Positions 30,410 to 41,206 are shown, numbered from the stretch's first letter. The stretch is DNA of 64,000 bases from Promethearchaeati archaeon SRVP18_Atabeyarchaeia-1 (GCA_037308085.1 CP147779.1:1760001-1824000); one strand, 5' to 3'. The notes: generated from the sequence alone by a model not told the origin. Translations and numbers: made by a program.

Positions 30410-31170
30410 GTGAGAATGGAACACTCGAGTGTTGAAAGCGTCGGCTTCTCGAGTGGGGGTCAGAAGGTTGTCGGCGTTCTCCACCTTCCATGCGGAGATG
30501 CAGCGCAGAAGAACAAGATAGTCGTTACTTGCCATGGGCTTATGAGTAGCAAGGACTCCCAGAAGTACCTAGACATAGCCCATCGTTTCTCGGCCGAAGG
30601 TCTGGCCGTTCTCAGATTTGATTTCCGCGGATCTGGCGAGAGCGAAGGAAGAGGCGACCTGCTCAGCAACAGGATTTTGGATCTGAGATCTGCCATCGAC
30701 TTCGTCGTTGACAAAGGCTACAAGTCGGTGGCTTGCTCGGAAGTAGTTATGGAGGGGCGACCGCGATACTCGTAGCGGGGGAAGGTCCCGCCGCCCAGGC
30801 CTTGGTTACTTGGTCTGCGCCGTGCCAGCTTACTCAACTCTTCGGTTCGATGACGAAACAACCGCAACGGAATCGTGGTCGAGGACTCGTTGGAATTGGT
30901 GAGGAAGCTGGTACCTCAAAATTCATGGCGGACTTGTCTGCCTATAATGTGGTTGAAGCTGCCAAGAAGGTTGGAATGGTTCTAGTGATACACTGCAAGG
31001 GAGACGAGGTTGTTCCATGGATTCAGGCCAAGATCATATACGATAATGCTATACAACCGAAAAGACTACAGATATTTGAGGGAGGGGACCATCAGTTTCT
31101 GCAGCCCTCGATTAGAAGAGAGGCAACAGAACTGAGCTTGGCTTGGATGAACAGCCATCTGGGTACGTAG
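30410..31170 (+). pseudogene. Alpha/beta hydrolase split by a 1-nt frameshift at ~30730
   Basis: ORF1 carries CHGL and RFDFRGSGES; ORF2 carries LGSSYGG, D..VP and DH; adding one base in GTGGC restores V-G-L-L-G-S-S-Y-G-G. Confidence 0.8.
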
Positions 31171-31372
31171 AGGTCGGCAAGTCTAACATATCTGAGACCG
31201 GCCGATTTGTGGTGTCGCACGAGCTCAAACTGGTTTTCAAGCGCAGCGGAAAGATTACCAAATCGATCCAGAAGACCCACACCCTTTAGCCGACCCCTTC
31301 AAGAAGTTGGTAGCTCACCGTGATGTAGGACGATCAATTGCGCTGGTGAAGCTTCCTGAGACGTTGGGGGAA

Positions 31373-32563
31373 TCAAAGTGAGAAGATGATGGCAGCTGCG
31401 AGAAGTACTAAGCCAAGCGAGAGGAAGGAGATCGAGTACATTGATGTCGCTGCGAGTATGAAACCAGTCACAATTGGTCCGAGTGCCTGCCCCACATCCA
31501 TTATCGTTCCAAGGAATCCCATCGCTGATCCATAGACTTCTTTTCTGCAAGCCTCAGACACAAGTGGGGGAGTTGAAGATGTAACTAGTGAAAAACCTAG
31601 GCCATATGTGACTGAGACTAAGATTAGTTCAGGGAAAGATACTGCAAACTGCATAGCAAGCATTGGAGCTGCGCCCAACGCAAGACCAAGGACAATCGGC
31701 TTCTTTCTTCCAATCTTGTCCGAGAATCTACCCATGATGGGTTTCGCTAAGACGAAAGTGGCTATCTCAGAAGTCAAAATGACACCTATCAGCAAATCGT
31801 CAATGTTCAGCAAATGGGCGAACGGCACAAGGTAGAATTCGAAGGCCCCGTAGACATAATAGATGGCTGCCTCCGCAAGACTCGCGAGAAGGATGCGCCG
31901 ATTTGAAGCAACTTCCTTCCAGTCTTGGAAGACATTGCGCGAGATTTTGTCCCTCGCCTTATCAGCATATTGCGCCACATTTGCGGCACTGCGGTTGGGT
32001 TCTTCAGTCTTTCTTCCCTCATGCAAGCCGACCGCCAGAATCAGGGCCAGCACACCTGAGAGACCGACAAGCGTGTACAGTTCGTGGTAGTCTGAAATCG
32101 TGACGAGGAGGATATATCCTCCAAGTACAGGGGCAATCGCTCTGCCGATCGCCGTTGACGACGAGAAGGTTGCGATCTTTTCACCCCTGCTCCCAGGATA
32201 CCTCTCGACAATCGCAGCATTCGCCACTGGAACAAGGATCGCAGTGGCAAAGCCGTGATAGAATCTTACCAGGATCAATTGATACGGATCAACAACGAGC
32301 AAGTATAGAAAGGGAGCTGTGGCAAATATCACGCCAGCGAAGACAATCACTTTGCCTCTCCCCAATCGGTCCGATAGTAACCCGGCTGGAAGGCTGACCA
32401 GTATGCCAGGGATGGTTGAGGCAGCTGCGACAAATCCCATTAGGTACGCGGGTGTCCCTAAGCTTGCTGCGAATGGGTTGAGAACGGGGGTCTTTGACAT
32501 CGTTGAGCTGAGAATAGCGAAGAGCCCCATAATGCAGATGGTTAGGAAAAAACGTCTTGGCAT
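31373..32563 (-). CDS. MFS transporter
   Basis: GLLSDRLGRG and GRFSDKIGRK; ~12 TM segments. Confidence 0.9.
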   Translation of the reverse strand: MPRRFFLTICIMGLFAILSSTMSKTPVLNPFAASLGTPAYLMGFVAAASTIPGILVSLPAGLLSDRLGRGKVIVFAGVIFATAPFLYLLVVDPYQLILVRFYHGFATAILVPVANAAIVERYPGSRGEKIATFSSSTAIGRAIAPVLGGYILLVTISDYHELYTLVGLSGVLALILAVGLHEGRKTEEPNRSAANVAQYADKARDKISRNVFQDWKEVASNRRILLASLAEAAIYYVYGAFEFYLVPFAHLLNIDDLLIGVILTSEIATFVLAKPIMGRFSDKIGRKKPIVLGLALGAAPMLAMQFAVSFPELILVSVTYGLGFSLVTSSTPPLVSEACRKEVYGSAMGFLGTIMDVGQALGPIVTGFILAATSMYSISFLSLGLVLLAAAIIFSL

Positions 32564-32594
32564 GGTCGATCTGCCCTCAGGCTGTGAGGTCCAA

Positions 32595-33188
32595 TCAACC
32601 TGTTTGTTGGCTGGTTTTATAGGTCTTCCTTGAGTATCCAGCCTTCCCAAGACACTCCCCGAGACTGTGATATTCCTCGGTTATTGGGTTCCAAGTTATC
32701 GGCTTGAGTTTTGCGTAGTCAATATTCTTGGATTCGCCCAGCAGTCTATCATCGACATTGACATTAACCACCTCTCCTACGAAAACATCATGCGAGCCAA
32801 ACCTCATAATATCCTTCACCCTGCATTCGAGGCTTACAGGGCACTCGCCTATTATTGGGGGCATCACTTTTTTCGCTTCCATGGGCGTCAGTTTCGTTAC
32901 TTTGAACTTGTCTACACTTCTGCCGGATACGATACCACAGTAGTCGGTTTCTCTCACTATGTCTACCGTTGGAATGTTGATGACGTATTCTCTTGTCGTG
33001 GTTATTAGCCCATGCGAGTATCGCGAAGGTCTAACAGATATGCTCACGCGAGGAGGATTGCCAGACAGGATTCCGCTCGCTGCGAGGGTGCAGATGTTAG
33101 GTTTCCCCTTCTCATCCACCGATGTGGCTAAGACCACAGGTGTCGGATATAGAATCGTGGCAGGTTTCAAATCCTTTCTAGATGACAT
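32595..33188 (-). CDS. Flavin reductase (flavoredoxin-like)
   Basis: LYPTPVVL, EYVINIP, CG..SGR..DKF, ECPVSLEC, GSHDVFVGEV. Confidence 0.92.
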   Translation of the reverse strand: MSSRKDLKPATILYPTPVVLATSVDEKGKPNICTLAASGILSGNPPRVSISVRPSRYSHGLITTTREYVINIPTVDIVRETDYCGIVSGRSVDKFKVTKLTPMEAKKVMPPIIGECPVSLECRVKDIMRFGSHDVFVGEVVNVNVDDRLLGESKNIDYAKLKPITWNPITEEYHSLGECLGKAGYSRKTYKTSQQTG

Positions 33189-33372
33189 TGATCAAACCTC
33201 TTGAGGTTTCTTTGACAATTGAATAGTCCGATGCTGCGAATATTGATTTGCAGTCACTTATCGCTCCTCGGGAAACGGGAGCGCACGCCCAATTATCTAT
33301 TGGGCAGGATTAACCAAAAAGAATAGAAAAAAAGGGGCTTATTATCTATTACGGTTATTCGCTGAGTATGAT

Positions 33373-33726
33373 CTACTGCTCCTCTTCGCTTTCATCAGTC
33401 TCTTTGGTCTCTTCCTTCTCTTGAGGCTCTTCACTTGCTTCCACAGTCTCTGGCTCATCTGCCTTCGTTGCTCTTCTTCCAAATGCCTTGCTTGTCGCTT
33501 CGCTGAATTTCTTTCCTGTTACGTTGACTCTTTCGCCTAGTTTCTTTGTTGCATCAGTTGCTGCAACGCTAAATTTCTTTCCAGTATCGGTAGCTCTCTC
33601 TCCGAACTTTTTTACTGCTTCGCTAGTCTTCCTTCCCGCCTCACCTACAGCATCACTTGCTTTCTTTCCCGCCGCCTTGGCTTTGTCGGAGACATCTTTT
33701 GTTTTTTTCTTCAGGTTTTCACTCAT
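33373..33726 (-). CDS. LEA/apolipoprotein-like amphipathic repeat protein with acidic tail
   Basis: (A/T)GKK(A/F)S(E/D)A repeats at 11/18/22-aa spacing; E-rich C-terminus; GGAGG SD. Confidence 0.7.
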   Translation of the reverse strand: MSENLKKKTKDVSDKAKAAGKKASDAVGEAGRKTSEAVKKFGERATDTGKKFSVAATDATKKLGERVNVTGKKFSEATSKAFGRRATKADEPETVEASEEPQEKEETKETDESEEEQ

Positions 33727-33993
33727 TTTCGTTTCCCTCCAAACTTCTTAGGTAGTCATAAACAGATAAGGATATCGTGGACGAATCAGAGAGGATGGTT
33801 CGATTCAGACTGTGTAGGCTCGGGCTAGGCTGAGGAAAGAACATGTCCATTGGATGTTGCACCGAATATGCAGAAAAAGTCGATAAGAGAGTCCGAGGTT
33901 GAAGCGGCGGTTCTCGGGTGGGTTTTCGCTCGAAGACTATTGACCAGCTTGCCAGAATTCACTCGCAATTCTTGGATGGGAGTGGGCGGTGGG

Positions 33994-34563
33994 TCACTTC
34001 TTCATTGAGAAGCCGATTAAGCCCAAGGATTCACCTACGCTGAGGTAGTTTCCCGTCATTGGATTCCAAGTTATGGCTTTCAGTCTTTTGAAATCGATTT
34101 TTCCTCTTTGATCCAAGACATTCTCGGAGACGTCAATGTTAACTACCTCCCCGACAAATAGGTCGTGAGACCCCAGCGCTATGATATTCCTGACCTTGCA
34201 TTCGATGCTCACCGGACATTCTGCTATTATTGGAGGCTTTACTTTCTTCGCCTTGATGGCTGTTAGCTTGGTATCCCTAAACTTGTCAGAGTTTCTGCCC
34301 GAGACCATGCCACAGTAGTCGGCCTCTCTCACGATGTCAGCTGTAGGTATGTTGACCACGTATTCCCCTGTCTTCCGTATTAACCCATTAGAGTAGCGTG
34401 GAGGTCCCACGGAGATTCCAACCTGTGGAGGATTTGAGCATATGTTTCCAGCCCACGCTAGTGTGATTATGTTGGGCTTGCCTCCTTCGTCTATGGACGT
34501 GACCAGGACTACGGGGGTTGGATAAAGAGCGGTGGATGGCTTCAACTCTTTTCTTGTAGACAT
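33994..34563 (-). CDS. Flavin reductase (paralogue of 32595-33188)
   Basis: Same motifs; near-collinear with the other copy. Confidence 0.92.
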   Translation of the reverse strand: MSTRKELKPSTALYPTPVVLVTSIDEGGKPNIITLAWAGNICSNPPQVGISVGPPRYSNGLIRKTGEYVVNIPTADIVREADYCGMVSGRNSDKFRDTKLTAIKAKKVKPPIIAECPVSIECKVRNIIALGSHDLFVGEVVNIDVSENVLDQRGKIDFKRLKAITWNPMTGNYLSVGESLGLIGFSMKK

Positions 34564-34926
34564 CGATATTCCCCTTTCAATTCGGTTAGGTTAATGCTGA
34601 TTAGTTGAGAACTAATTTGCTTATGAGTGCTTGATCTATAAGAGGTCTCCTAGTAACAGAAGCCGTTTGTCTTGGAGGTTTCTGGATGCTGGAACTCTTC
34701 TATTTTTCCCGCCTTTGTGCAGACTAGATCATGCTTTCATTTCGGCTTCCGTTTCCTCGCTGGGTGGATTCAACGTTATATACTACAGGATCATACTCTG
34801 TATTGTCGCTGACAGTTATCGTCGTTGGCGCTGACTTGATGTTGAGTGCGCTTATTGGGTTCTCGATCGTCCCCTTCTGACCTTGTATTAGAATCCGTCG
34901 CGTCAAACTGTGGTGGCTAGGCAGAC

Positions 34927-35616
34927 ATGGTTCCAAATCTTGGTGAGCTGGCAAGCGAGCAAATTGACTTGCAAGGCAAGAGAACAAGGAGGGGACGGAT
35001 AAAGTATCGGAAGCTCTTCTCGAGGCGCTCAAAGAAGAAGAGACCAGAAACGATAGTCGGGGACATCAGAGCAGATAGCGGGGCCGAGGCCAAGGTAATC
35101 ACATGGCTGAAAGAGCACGATTTGGTTTTCGAAGCCCATGGGGCGATCCCACATTCAAGAAGGAAAGTCGATGCGAACAAGTTGGTTGAGGAAATTCTGT
35201 CTGGCTTCTCATCAGAGAGGAGGGAGCTCTTGGCGTCGAAGTTGAAATTGAAGAAGATCGAGAACAACAGGTCTATTGGTCGATATGATTTCAAGGTCGA
35301 AGGAACTAGCAGGAGCAATGGGAAACACGAAGTCTATTACATAGAGTATTGGGGATTGTACAATCCGAATGTGGAAGTCACCAAGGATAGTCTCAGGAAG
35401 TTGTACAATCGGCTACTGGTCAACTATACCCTAATCAAGAAGCCGCTGAAAGAGAAATACTACCGTGCAATTGGGCTCAACTTGATCTCGTTGACTAGAG
35501 CCAACTTGAAGAAGAAGTCTCTCGACGAGAAGCTTGGTTGCCTCCTGGATCTGGATCAGAACCACCTTATTTCAAAGTTCATGAGCAAAGAGAATGTTCC
35601 AGTCAAGAAAGAATAA
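34927..35616 (+). CDS. Putative PD-(D/E)xK-like nuclease-fold protein
   Basis: DSGAEAKVITWL...YDFKV...YYIEYWG...K.KYY; very basic. Confidence 0.6.
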   Translation: MVPNLGELASEQIDLQGKRTRRGRIKYRKLFSRRSKKKRPETIVGDIRADSGAEAKVITWLKEHDLVFEAHGAIPHSRRKVDANKLVEEILSGFSSERRELLASKLKLKKIENNRSIGRYDFKVEGTSRSNGKHEVYYIEYWGLYNPNVEVTKDSLRKLYNRLLVNYTLIKKPLKEKYYRAIGLNLISLTRANLKKKSLDEKLGCLLDLDQNHLISKFMSKENVPVKKE

Positions 35617-35743
35617 GCTACATAAGAGAGAAAAGGAGAGATTAGAAGAGATGACAGCGGGAAGATCACGCCGAGTTCGGTCTTCTTACAGCAAGCGTGG
35701 CATGGCATGCTTCTGTATTGCATTTTAGGAGGAGAGGACAAGC

Positions 35744-36865
35744 ATGGGAATGCACGATCTTGAGACATCCGTGTTAGAGGCAAGCAAGAACATCCTGAAG
35801 ATAATCACTCATGGCGATAGAGCTCGCATACTGAGAAAAGAAGATGATGTTCTCCTTATTGGGGATCAGAGGGATCTAAGCCCCATTTATACTGAAACCT
35901 TGGCAAAGATCATCCGTGAATGGCAGAAGCAGAAGACCACGAAGGTTCATGTTCGATACTTGCCCAAACAGAGACCAGTCACTGATCTGAGACAGATTGA
36001 TCCGTCAGTAGGAACTCTGGCTGCCAAGGCGGACATCATAATAGGCACCTACTCGAACCCGGGTGAGGCGATCGTCAATCAGGAATCGCCAATACTCAAC
36101 AAAGCTTTCTTTTCTACGATTTTTGATAGAATGCGGAAGGACAACATACGGCTCTACGCTGTTGCGGGAAGACCTAACTTGCGCGTATTGGAAACACTCG
36201 CAAACAGTGACGCCATTGAAGAGACCAATGCGTTGTCAAAGCAGCTTAAGCGCTACCTTCAACATAAGTCAGACGAAAAGATGCAGGTTTACACTCTGAA
36301 AGAGGGAAGGTACGGCGATCCGCTGGAATTTGAGATTCCAGGACCGGAAATGGTTTCAGCCGACTACTTTGAGGCCAACGAGAATATCATTAACATCCCC
36401 TCTGGCGAAGTATTCTTTGAACCGGCTCCGGGTACAGCGAGTGGGAAAATCTACTTCAAGGAGGGAAGCTACTACCACTTGTTTGTTCCGATCAAGGGAA
36501 TGGTTATACTAGAGTTCAAGGATGGCGAGGTTGCCGATTGCCGAAGCCTCGGGCAAAAAGACGATGAGGTACTCAAATTCATGACGAAGCACTTTGAAAC
36601 AAAGGAAAACAGGCATTTGGCTGAAATGGGAATAGGCACATACATAGCGGCATCAAAGATCCCGATGGAGGACATGATCTACAACAGGACCATTCTGGAG
36701 AAGCTTCAAGGGTTCCATATAGCGTATGGGAGTTCTATTCACATAAAGGGAAAGCACGATGCTCCGGAGCACATAGACAACTGGGTCAAATACGGCGATG
36801 TCTACATCGGCGAAGATCACCTGATCTCGAAGGGCAAAGTAAACACGAGGCTACTTGGCGACTGA
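35744..36865 (+). CDS. M29/thermophilic aminopeptidase-like protein
   Basis: NIPSGEVF, LAEMGIG, EK..GFHIAYG, HID. Confidence 0.8.
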   Translation: MGMHDLETSVLEASKNILKIITHGDRARILRKEDDVLLIGDQRDLSPIYTETLAKIIREWQKQKTTKVHVRYLPKQRPVTDLRQIDPSVGTLAAKADIIIGTYSNPGEAIVNQESPILNKAFFSTIFDRMRKDNIRLYAVAGRPNLRVLETLANSDAIEETNALSKQLKRYLQHKSDEKMQVYTLKEGRYGDPLEFEIPGPEMVSADYFEANENIINIPSGEVFFEPAPGTASGKIYFKEGSYYHLFVPIKGMVILEFKDGEVADCRSLGQKDDEVLKFMTKHFETKENRHLAEMGIGTYIAASKIPMEDMIYNRTILEKLQGFHIAYGSSIHIKGKHDAPEHIDNWVKYGDVYIGEDHLISKGKVNTRLLGD

Positions 36866-36909
36866 TAGCGACCTAACACTTCTCTTTAGCTTGCGAGTGA
36901 TTAAGCTCC

Positions 36910-37773
36910 TTGCAGATACTCTTATCACTGACCAAGAGAATACCCCACTCTTCACAAGGAAGTGAGAACTACTTGTCTCAGTCGCGGCAGTCGAGTTATG
37001 GTTACGATGCCATTCAAAGACATCAGGCCATCGAAAAGATGGTCGTGCGCATGAACCAGGAAGACCAGCAAGAAAAGAAGTATTACCGGATCAGGCCCGC
37101 AAGATGGTATGGTGGCATTGTGACCGCTGATTGTAGTGGTTGTGGCTTGCTCTGCAAGTTCTGCTGGGTTGCAGATGAGGTGATGTCTAACCCCGCTAGT
37201 GTGGGACGATTCTACACGCCTAGAAGAATCGCAGATGAGATCCTTGTCATAGCTAAAAAGCGAAAGCTAGACCAAATCAGAGTAAGTGGAGGGGAACCCA
37301 CAATCGGGAAACCTCACCTACTACAACTCTTGAGACGCATAGAAGGCTATGGGAAGAAATTCATCTTAGAGACTAATGGCATCCCTATCGCGGCTGACAA
37401 AGAGTACGCCGAAAATCTGTCAGACTACCGCAGTTTCCTCCACGTGAGAGTCTCCCTGAAAGGATGCGACGAGGAAGAATTTTCCATTTTGACAGGGGCG
37501 CGACCTGAGCAATTCCAACTTCAACTGAAGGCCCTCGAGTACCTTGTTGAGGCAAGGGTCGAATGCCACCCCTCCGTTATGACATCATTCTCTACAACGG
37601 AGAGCTATAACGCTCTGAATAGAAGACTCAAGAACATGGACCCGCTGCTGGCTCAGAACACCGAGATCGAGGAGCTAATACTCTATCCCCACGTCGTGAA
37701 AAGGCTCAAGAAGTATGGCCTGGCTTACAGCATTGGTCACAGGCCTGACCAGGTTCCGCTCGATCAGATTTGA
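36910..37773 (+). CDS. Radical SAM protein (start probably further downstream)
   Basis: CGLLCKFC (CxxxCxxC), SGGEPT, LETNG. Confidence 0.9.
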   Translation: MQILLSLTKRIPHSSQGSENYLSQSRQSSYGYDAIQRHQAIEKMVVRMNQEDQQEKKYYRIRPARWYGGIVTADCSGCGLLCKFCWVADEVMSNPASVGRFYTPRRIADEILVIAKKRKLDQIRVSGGEPTIGKPHLLQLLRRIEGYGKKFILETNGIPIAADKEYAENLSDYRSFLHVRVSLKGCDEEEFSILTGARPEQFQLQLKALEYLVEARVECHPSVMTSFSTTESYNALNRRLKNMDPLLAQNTEIEELILYPHVVKRLKKYGLAYSIGHRPDQVPLDQI

Positions 37774-37881
37774 AGCTACACTAGCAGAAAAACGTTTTAT
37801 AGTACTGATTGTCTAGAATCGTCCGTTGCGCATTGCGATTGACTCAAAGCATATCTGGGCTATTCGCCGATCAAGAGGATT

Positions 37882-38907
37882 TTGACCATGGACGTAATTG
37901 AGGAAGGCAATGGCGAAATATGGTCGAAGCACGACCCGGAGGAGCACCGCAGATGGGTACAAGACAAGAAGAACAGGTCACTTCAAGATAGAACTATGAG
38001 CATCAAGGATGCGGTCTCCAAATACGTTGGTGACGGAGAGTACCTAGCGATGGGTGGCTTCGGTCATGTCCGAGTCTCTATGTCCGCAATATACGAAATG
38101 ATAAGGCAACACAAGTCAAACCTCACTATGGCGGGTAAGACTGCCGTCCACGACATAGAGATCCTCGTGGCAGGTGGATGCATAAAGCGTGTCGACAGGG
38201 CTTACTCGGGCGGGCATGAAGTGAGAGGACTTTCACCAGCCTTCAGAAGAGCAGCAGAATCCGGCGAGATAAAGATCCAAGAGTGGAGTAACGCATCCTT
38301 CCAGTGGAGATTTAGAGCCGCCGCGATGGGGATCCCGTTCATGCCCACGCGCATACTGATGGGAACGGACACATTCAAGTACAGTGCGGCAAAGGTCGTG
38401 AAGGATCCTTTTACTGGGATGAAGGTGGCGCTCCTCCCTGCCTGCTATCCAGATATTGTCTTCATCCACGTTCACAGGTGCGATGTATATGGGAACTGCC
38501 AGATTGATGGAATTACCATAGAGGATGTAGACCTATCAAGGGCCGCACGCAAACTCGTGGTGACAACCGAGAAGATAATTGACAATAGCGAAATTAGAAG
38601 GGAGCCTTGGAGAACCAGCATCCCCTACTATTATGTTGACGCGGTCTGTGAAGTTCCCTACGGCTCGCACCCTGGAAATATGCCCTATGAGTACTACTTC
38701 GACGAAGAACACATTGGAATGTATCTAAAGGTCGCTAAGACTGCGGAGGGCGCAAAGGAGTACATCGCCAAGTATGTACTTGGCGTCAAGGACTTCGAAG
38801 AGTATCTTGACCTAGTTGGAGGAACGAAGAAGCTCGCCTACCTCCGACGAGTGGAACAACTAAGAGAACGCCTCAAGGCACCTTGGGCGGAGGAAAAAGA
38901 GCGGTGA
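37882..38907 (+). CDS. Family I CoA-transferase subunit A (glutaconate CoA-transferase-like)
   Basis: GGFGHVR, RAAAMGIPFMP, IHVHRCDVYGN, PYGSHP. Confidence 0.9.
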   Translation: MTMDVIEEGNGEIWSKHDPEEHRRWVQDKKNRSLQDRTMSIKDAVSKYVGDGEYLAMGGFGHVRVSMSAIYEMIRQHKSNLTMAGKTAVHDIEILVAGGCIKRVDRAYSGGHEVRGLSPAFRRAAESGEIKIQEWSNASFQWRFRAAAMGIPFMPTRILMGTDTFKYSAAKVVKDPFTGMKVALLPACYPDIVFIHVHRCDVYGNCQIDGITIEDVDLSRAARKLVVTTEKIIDNSEIRREPWRTSIPYYYVDAVCEVPYGSHPGNMPYEYYFDEEHIGMYLKVAKTAEGAKEYIAKYVLGVKDFEEYLDLVGGTKKLAYLRRVEQLRERLKAPWAEEKER

Positions 38908-38923
38908 AGGGAGGTGTAGACGA

Positions 38924-39724
38924 ATGAATCAAAGTGGAGAAAAAAGCAGCGACTTCACGCTGATCGAGATGATGGCGTCAGCCGGCTCAAAGATACTTGA
39001 AGACAGAAAAGTCATCGTTTGCGGCACCGGAATACCGATGCTTGCAGCTCTCCTCGCCCAGAAGACACACGCCCCAAACATCGTGATCATCTTCGAGGCT
39101 GGAGGCATAGGCCCCCAACCCCCAACCCTACCAATCTCGGTGGGAGACTCAAGAACCTTCTACAGAGCAATCCTTGCTGGGTCGATGGACGACGCCATGT
39201 CAGCCCTCCAGACGGGATACGTTGACTACGGATTTCTCGGAGTAGGTCAGATCGACAAGTACGGAAACATAAATGCAACATGCATCGGATCACATGACAG
39301 AATGAAAGTCAGCTTTCCAGGTTCGGGCGGAGCAAACGACATAGGGTCCCTCGTCTGGAAGACAATAATCGTTACTGGGCAGCACGACAAAAGAAGATTC
39401 GTGGAGAAACTCGACTTCTGCACCACCCCTGGATATCTAACTGGTCCAGGAGCTAGGGAAGCAGCTGGGCTGCCAAAAGACACTGGCCCGTATCGCGTTA
39501 TCACTAACATGGCTGTTATGGGATTCGACAAGACAACAAAGGAAATGGCTCTCCTCTCAACTCATCCTGGCGTGAGCGCGAAACAAGTTGTCGAAAACAC
39601 GGGTTTCAGGCTAAGTGTCCCGAGCAAGGTGGATGTAACCGACCCTCCGACTTGGGAAGAAGTCAGGATACTGAGAGAGGAAATTGACCCGGCGGGGATC
39701 TTTGTGAGGCGACCAAAGAAATGA
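38924..39724 (+). CDS. Family I CoA-transferase subunit B
   Basis: GTGIP, IFEAG (catalytic Glu position), QIDKYGNIN, PGSGGAND. Confidence 0.9.
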   Translation: MNQSGEKSSDFTLIEMMASAGSKILEDRKVIVCGTGIPMLAALLAQKTHAPNIVIIFEAGGIGPQPPTLPISVGDSRTFYRAILAGSMDDAMSALQTGYVDYGFLGVGQIDKYGNINATCIGSHDRMKVSFPGSGGANDIGSLVWKTIIVTGQHDKRRFVEKLDFCTTPGYLTGPGAREAAGLPKDTGPYRVITNMAVMGFDKTTKEMALLSTHPGVSAKQVVENTGFRLSVPSKVDVTDPPTWEEVRILREEIDPAGIFVRRPKK

Positions 39725-40060
39725 CCATGAGTCGTTGGCCACGTATGGGCAGCCAATCTTCAGCGCGTGTTTCCCCGGCCTCAAACATGGAGCGCAATTG
39801 GCCGCTGCGATTGACGTTGCATAATTCTGTATGATATAGTTACGTTACTTTGAATTCGTAACATTATTATTTCAGACCCTATAGATCAAGGCGCCCATAG
39901 GGCTGGTTATGCGCAATATTTCTTTCTAGGCGATAGGCAAACCATGCCTAAGAATACCAAGTCTAGCGAGAAACCTAGTGACATTGAGTTCTGCCAAACA
40001 TAGTCATAGTAACCCTATTGTGTGCTAGTGCCTGTCTATCCTCTTATCCGTCTCCTGGCA

Positions 40061-40474
40061 TCAAGTTCTCAGGGCACTGGGTGTCTGAGATAGTTGCCTT
40101 TTGAGTTCCTTCCTGTCCAATTGAGCACCACAAAGTGGACATTGACCATGTTTCCGCAGATATTCGAGCAGATGCGCTCTGTGAGCAGGACCTCCACAGA
40201 AGGGGCACCATGTTGCCGGATCCCTGACTCTCAACTCCTTTTTGCATATCATACAGGCACCGACAAGGGCATTATCTCTACCCTCTTTTGGCATTGTTAC
40301 AGTTCCCTCATGTCCTATGGCCGCAGCCCGGATTATCTCGCCTGCGGGTAAGCTTTCACCGCAGTTTGGGCAGAAATGGGCGTTCTCAAACCTGAGGCTG
40401 GAGCCGCAATTGCCACATTTCGGCGGAAGGCGAACAACTCTGAATCCCAGTTTGAATCTAAACGCGGCGATCAA
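40061..40474 (-). CDS. Double zinc-ribbon plus RING-like domain protein
   Basis: CGNCG...FCPNCG; CMIC-x12-CPFCGGPAHRAH...CPLC. Confidence 0.8.
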   Translation of the reverse strand: MIAAFRFKLGFRVVRLPPKCGNCGSSLRFENAHFCPNCGESLPAGEIIRAAAIGHEGTVTMPKEGRDNALVGACMICKKELRVRDPATWCPFCGGPAHRAHLLEYLRKHGQCPLCGAQLDRKELKRQLSQTPSALRT

Positions 40475-40492
40475 GTATAGACTCGTTGTTGA

Positions 40493-40783
40493 TCACAGAT
40501 ATATGCTGGGAAGAGGGTTTCCTTCGAAAAGGATGGTCGCTAAAGGACCAGTGTCTAGTAAGATATCAAGAATTCCCCAACCTAGAAACCAAGGAAAAAA
40601 GCTTAGCAGTAAGAGGTAGTATGTCTTTCCCCGAGGCAGTGTTAGTGTAGCGGCGCAATTCGGGCACTTAGATTCTCTCCCGAACCAGTTGCGCCCAACG
40701 ACTGCAACGTACACGCTACAATTCGGGCACTTCAAAAATGTTGGTGGACCCTTTGGGCTTTCTGCATAGTCCTGCACAATCAT
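40493..40783 (-). CDS. Small zinc-finger membrane protein
   Basis: CPNC...CPNC followed by a hydrophobic segment; GGAGG SD. Confidence 0.5.
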   Translation of the reverse strand: MIVQDYAESPKGPPTFLKCPNCSVYVAVVGRNWFGRESKCPNCAATLTLPRGKTYYLLLLSFFPWFLGWGILDILLDTGPLATILFEGNPLPSIYL

Positions 40784-40850
40784 CCCCCTCCGATGACATT
40801 GCAGCCACTCTGTCTATTAATCTTGCCTGCCATCAGGGGTGAGACCGCCT

Positions 40851-41206
40851 CTCCTGTTCGGTGAGTTACATGAAGCGTCCTCGATTGCTTGTTCATATGT
40901 GATTCCCGGTATCCAGTTGCAGGCGATGCTATAGTCACAGGGTGGCTCATATCTTACACCTAGAAGCCTGCCTTACCCGTACCCGACTACGTCAAAGCTG
41001 TCTTGGGGTCCTCATGCTCCTCGAAATAGTCACTAACCTTATCACCTTACATCAGTTCCGCCTGCGCAGACTCTTCGACTTTCCTAAGGTCAATCTGTAC
41101 AGCTCCGGGTTCGGGGTGCCGACTGAGAAAACGGAGATGCGACGAAGTTATGATAACCTGGGTCAGTTTTCTGCTGAAGTCCTCCCCCGCTTTTCCCGAA
41201 CAGAGA
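40851..41206 (-). ncRNA. Candidate large structured ncRNA of unrecognised family
   Basis: Terminal stem plus at least 8 internal helices; G-U pairs form only on the minus strand; TATTAAAA TATA box at 41227-41220; no convincing ORF. Confidence 0.6.

Noticed and set aside
39844-39862. GTTAC-N9-GTAAC palindrome resembling the hsp20 operator
   Set aside because: Different spacer, single copy, and located between convergent genes.
40985-41031. Group I intron core (GACUA/UAGUC resembling P7)
   Set aside because: The pairing extends as a simple 13-bp hairpin rather than a P3/P7 pseudoknot, and no flanking exons are evident.
40851-41206. MITE, RNase P or SRP interpretation of the structured region
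   Set aside because: No TSD flanks the 8-bp inverted repeat; AGGAAAGUC has no convincing 3' P4 partner; no SRP helix-8 motif. Not formally excluded without an Rfam search.
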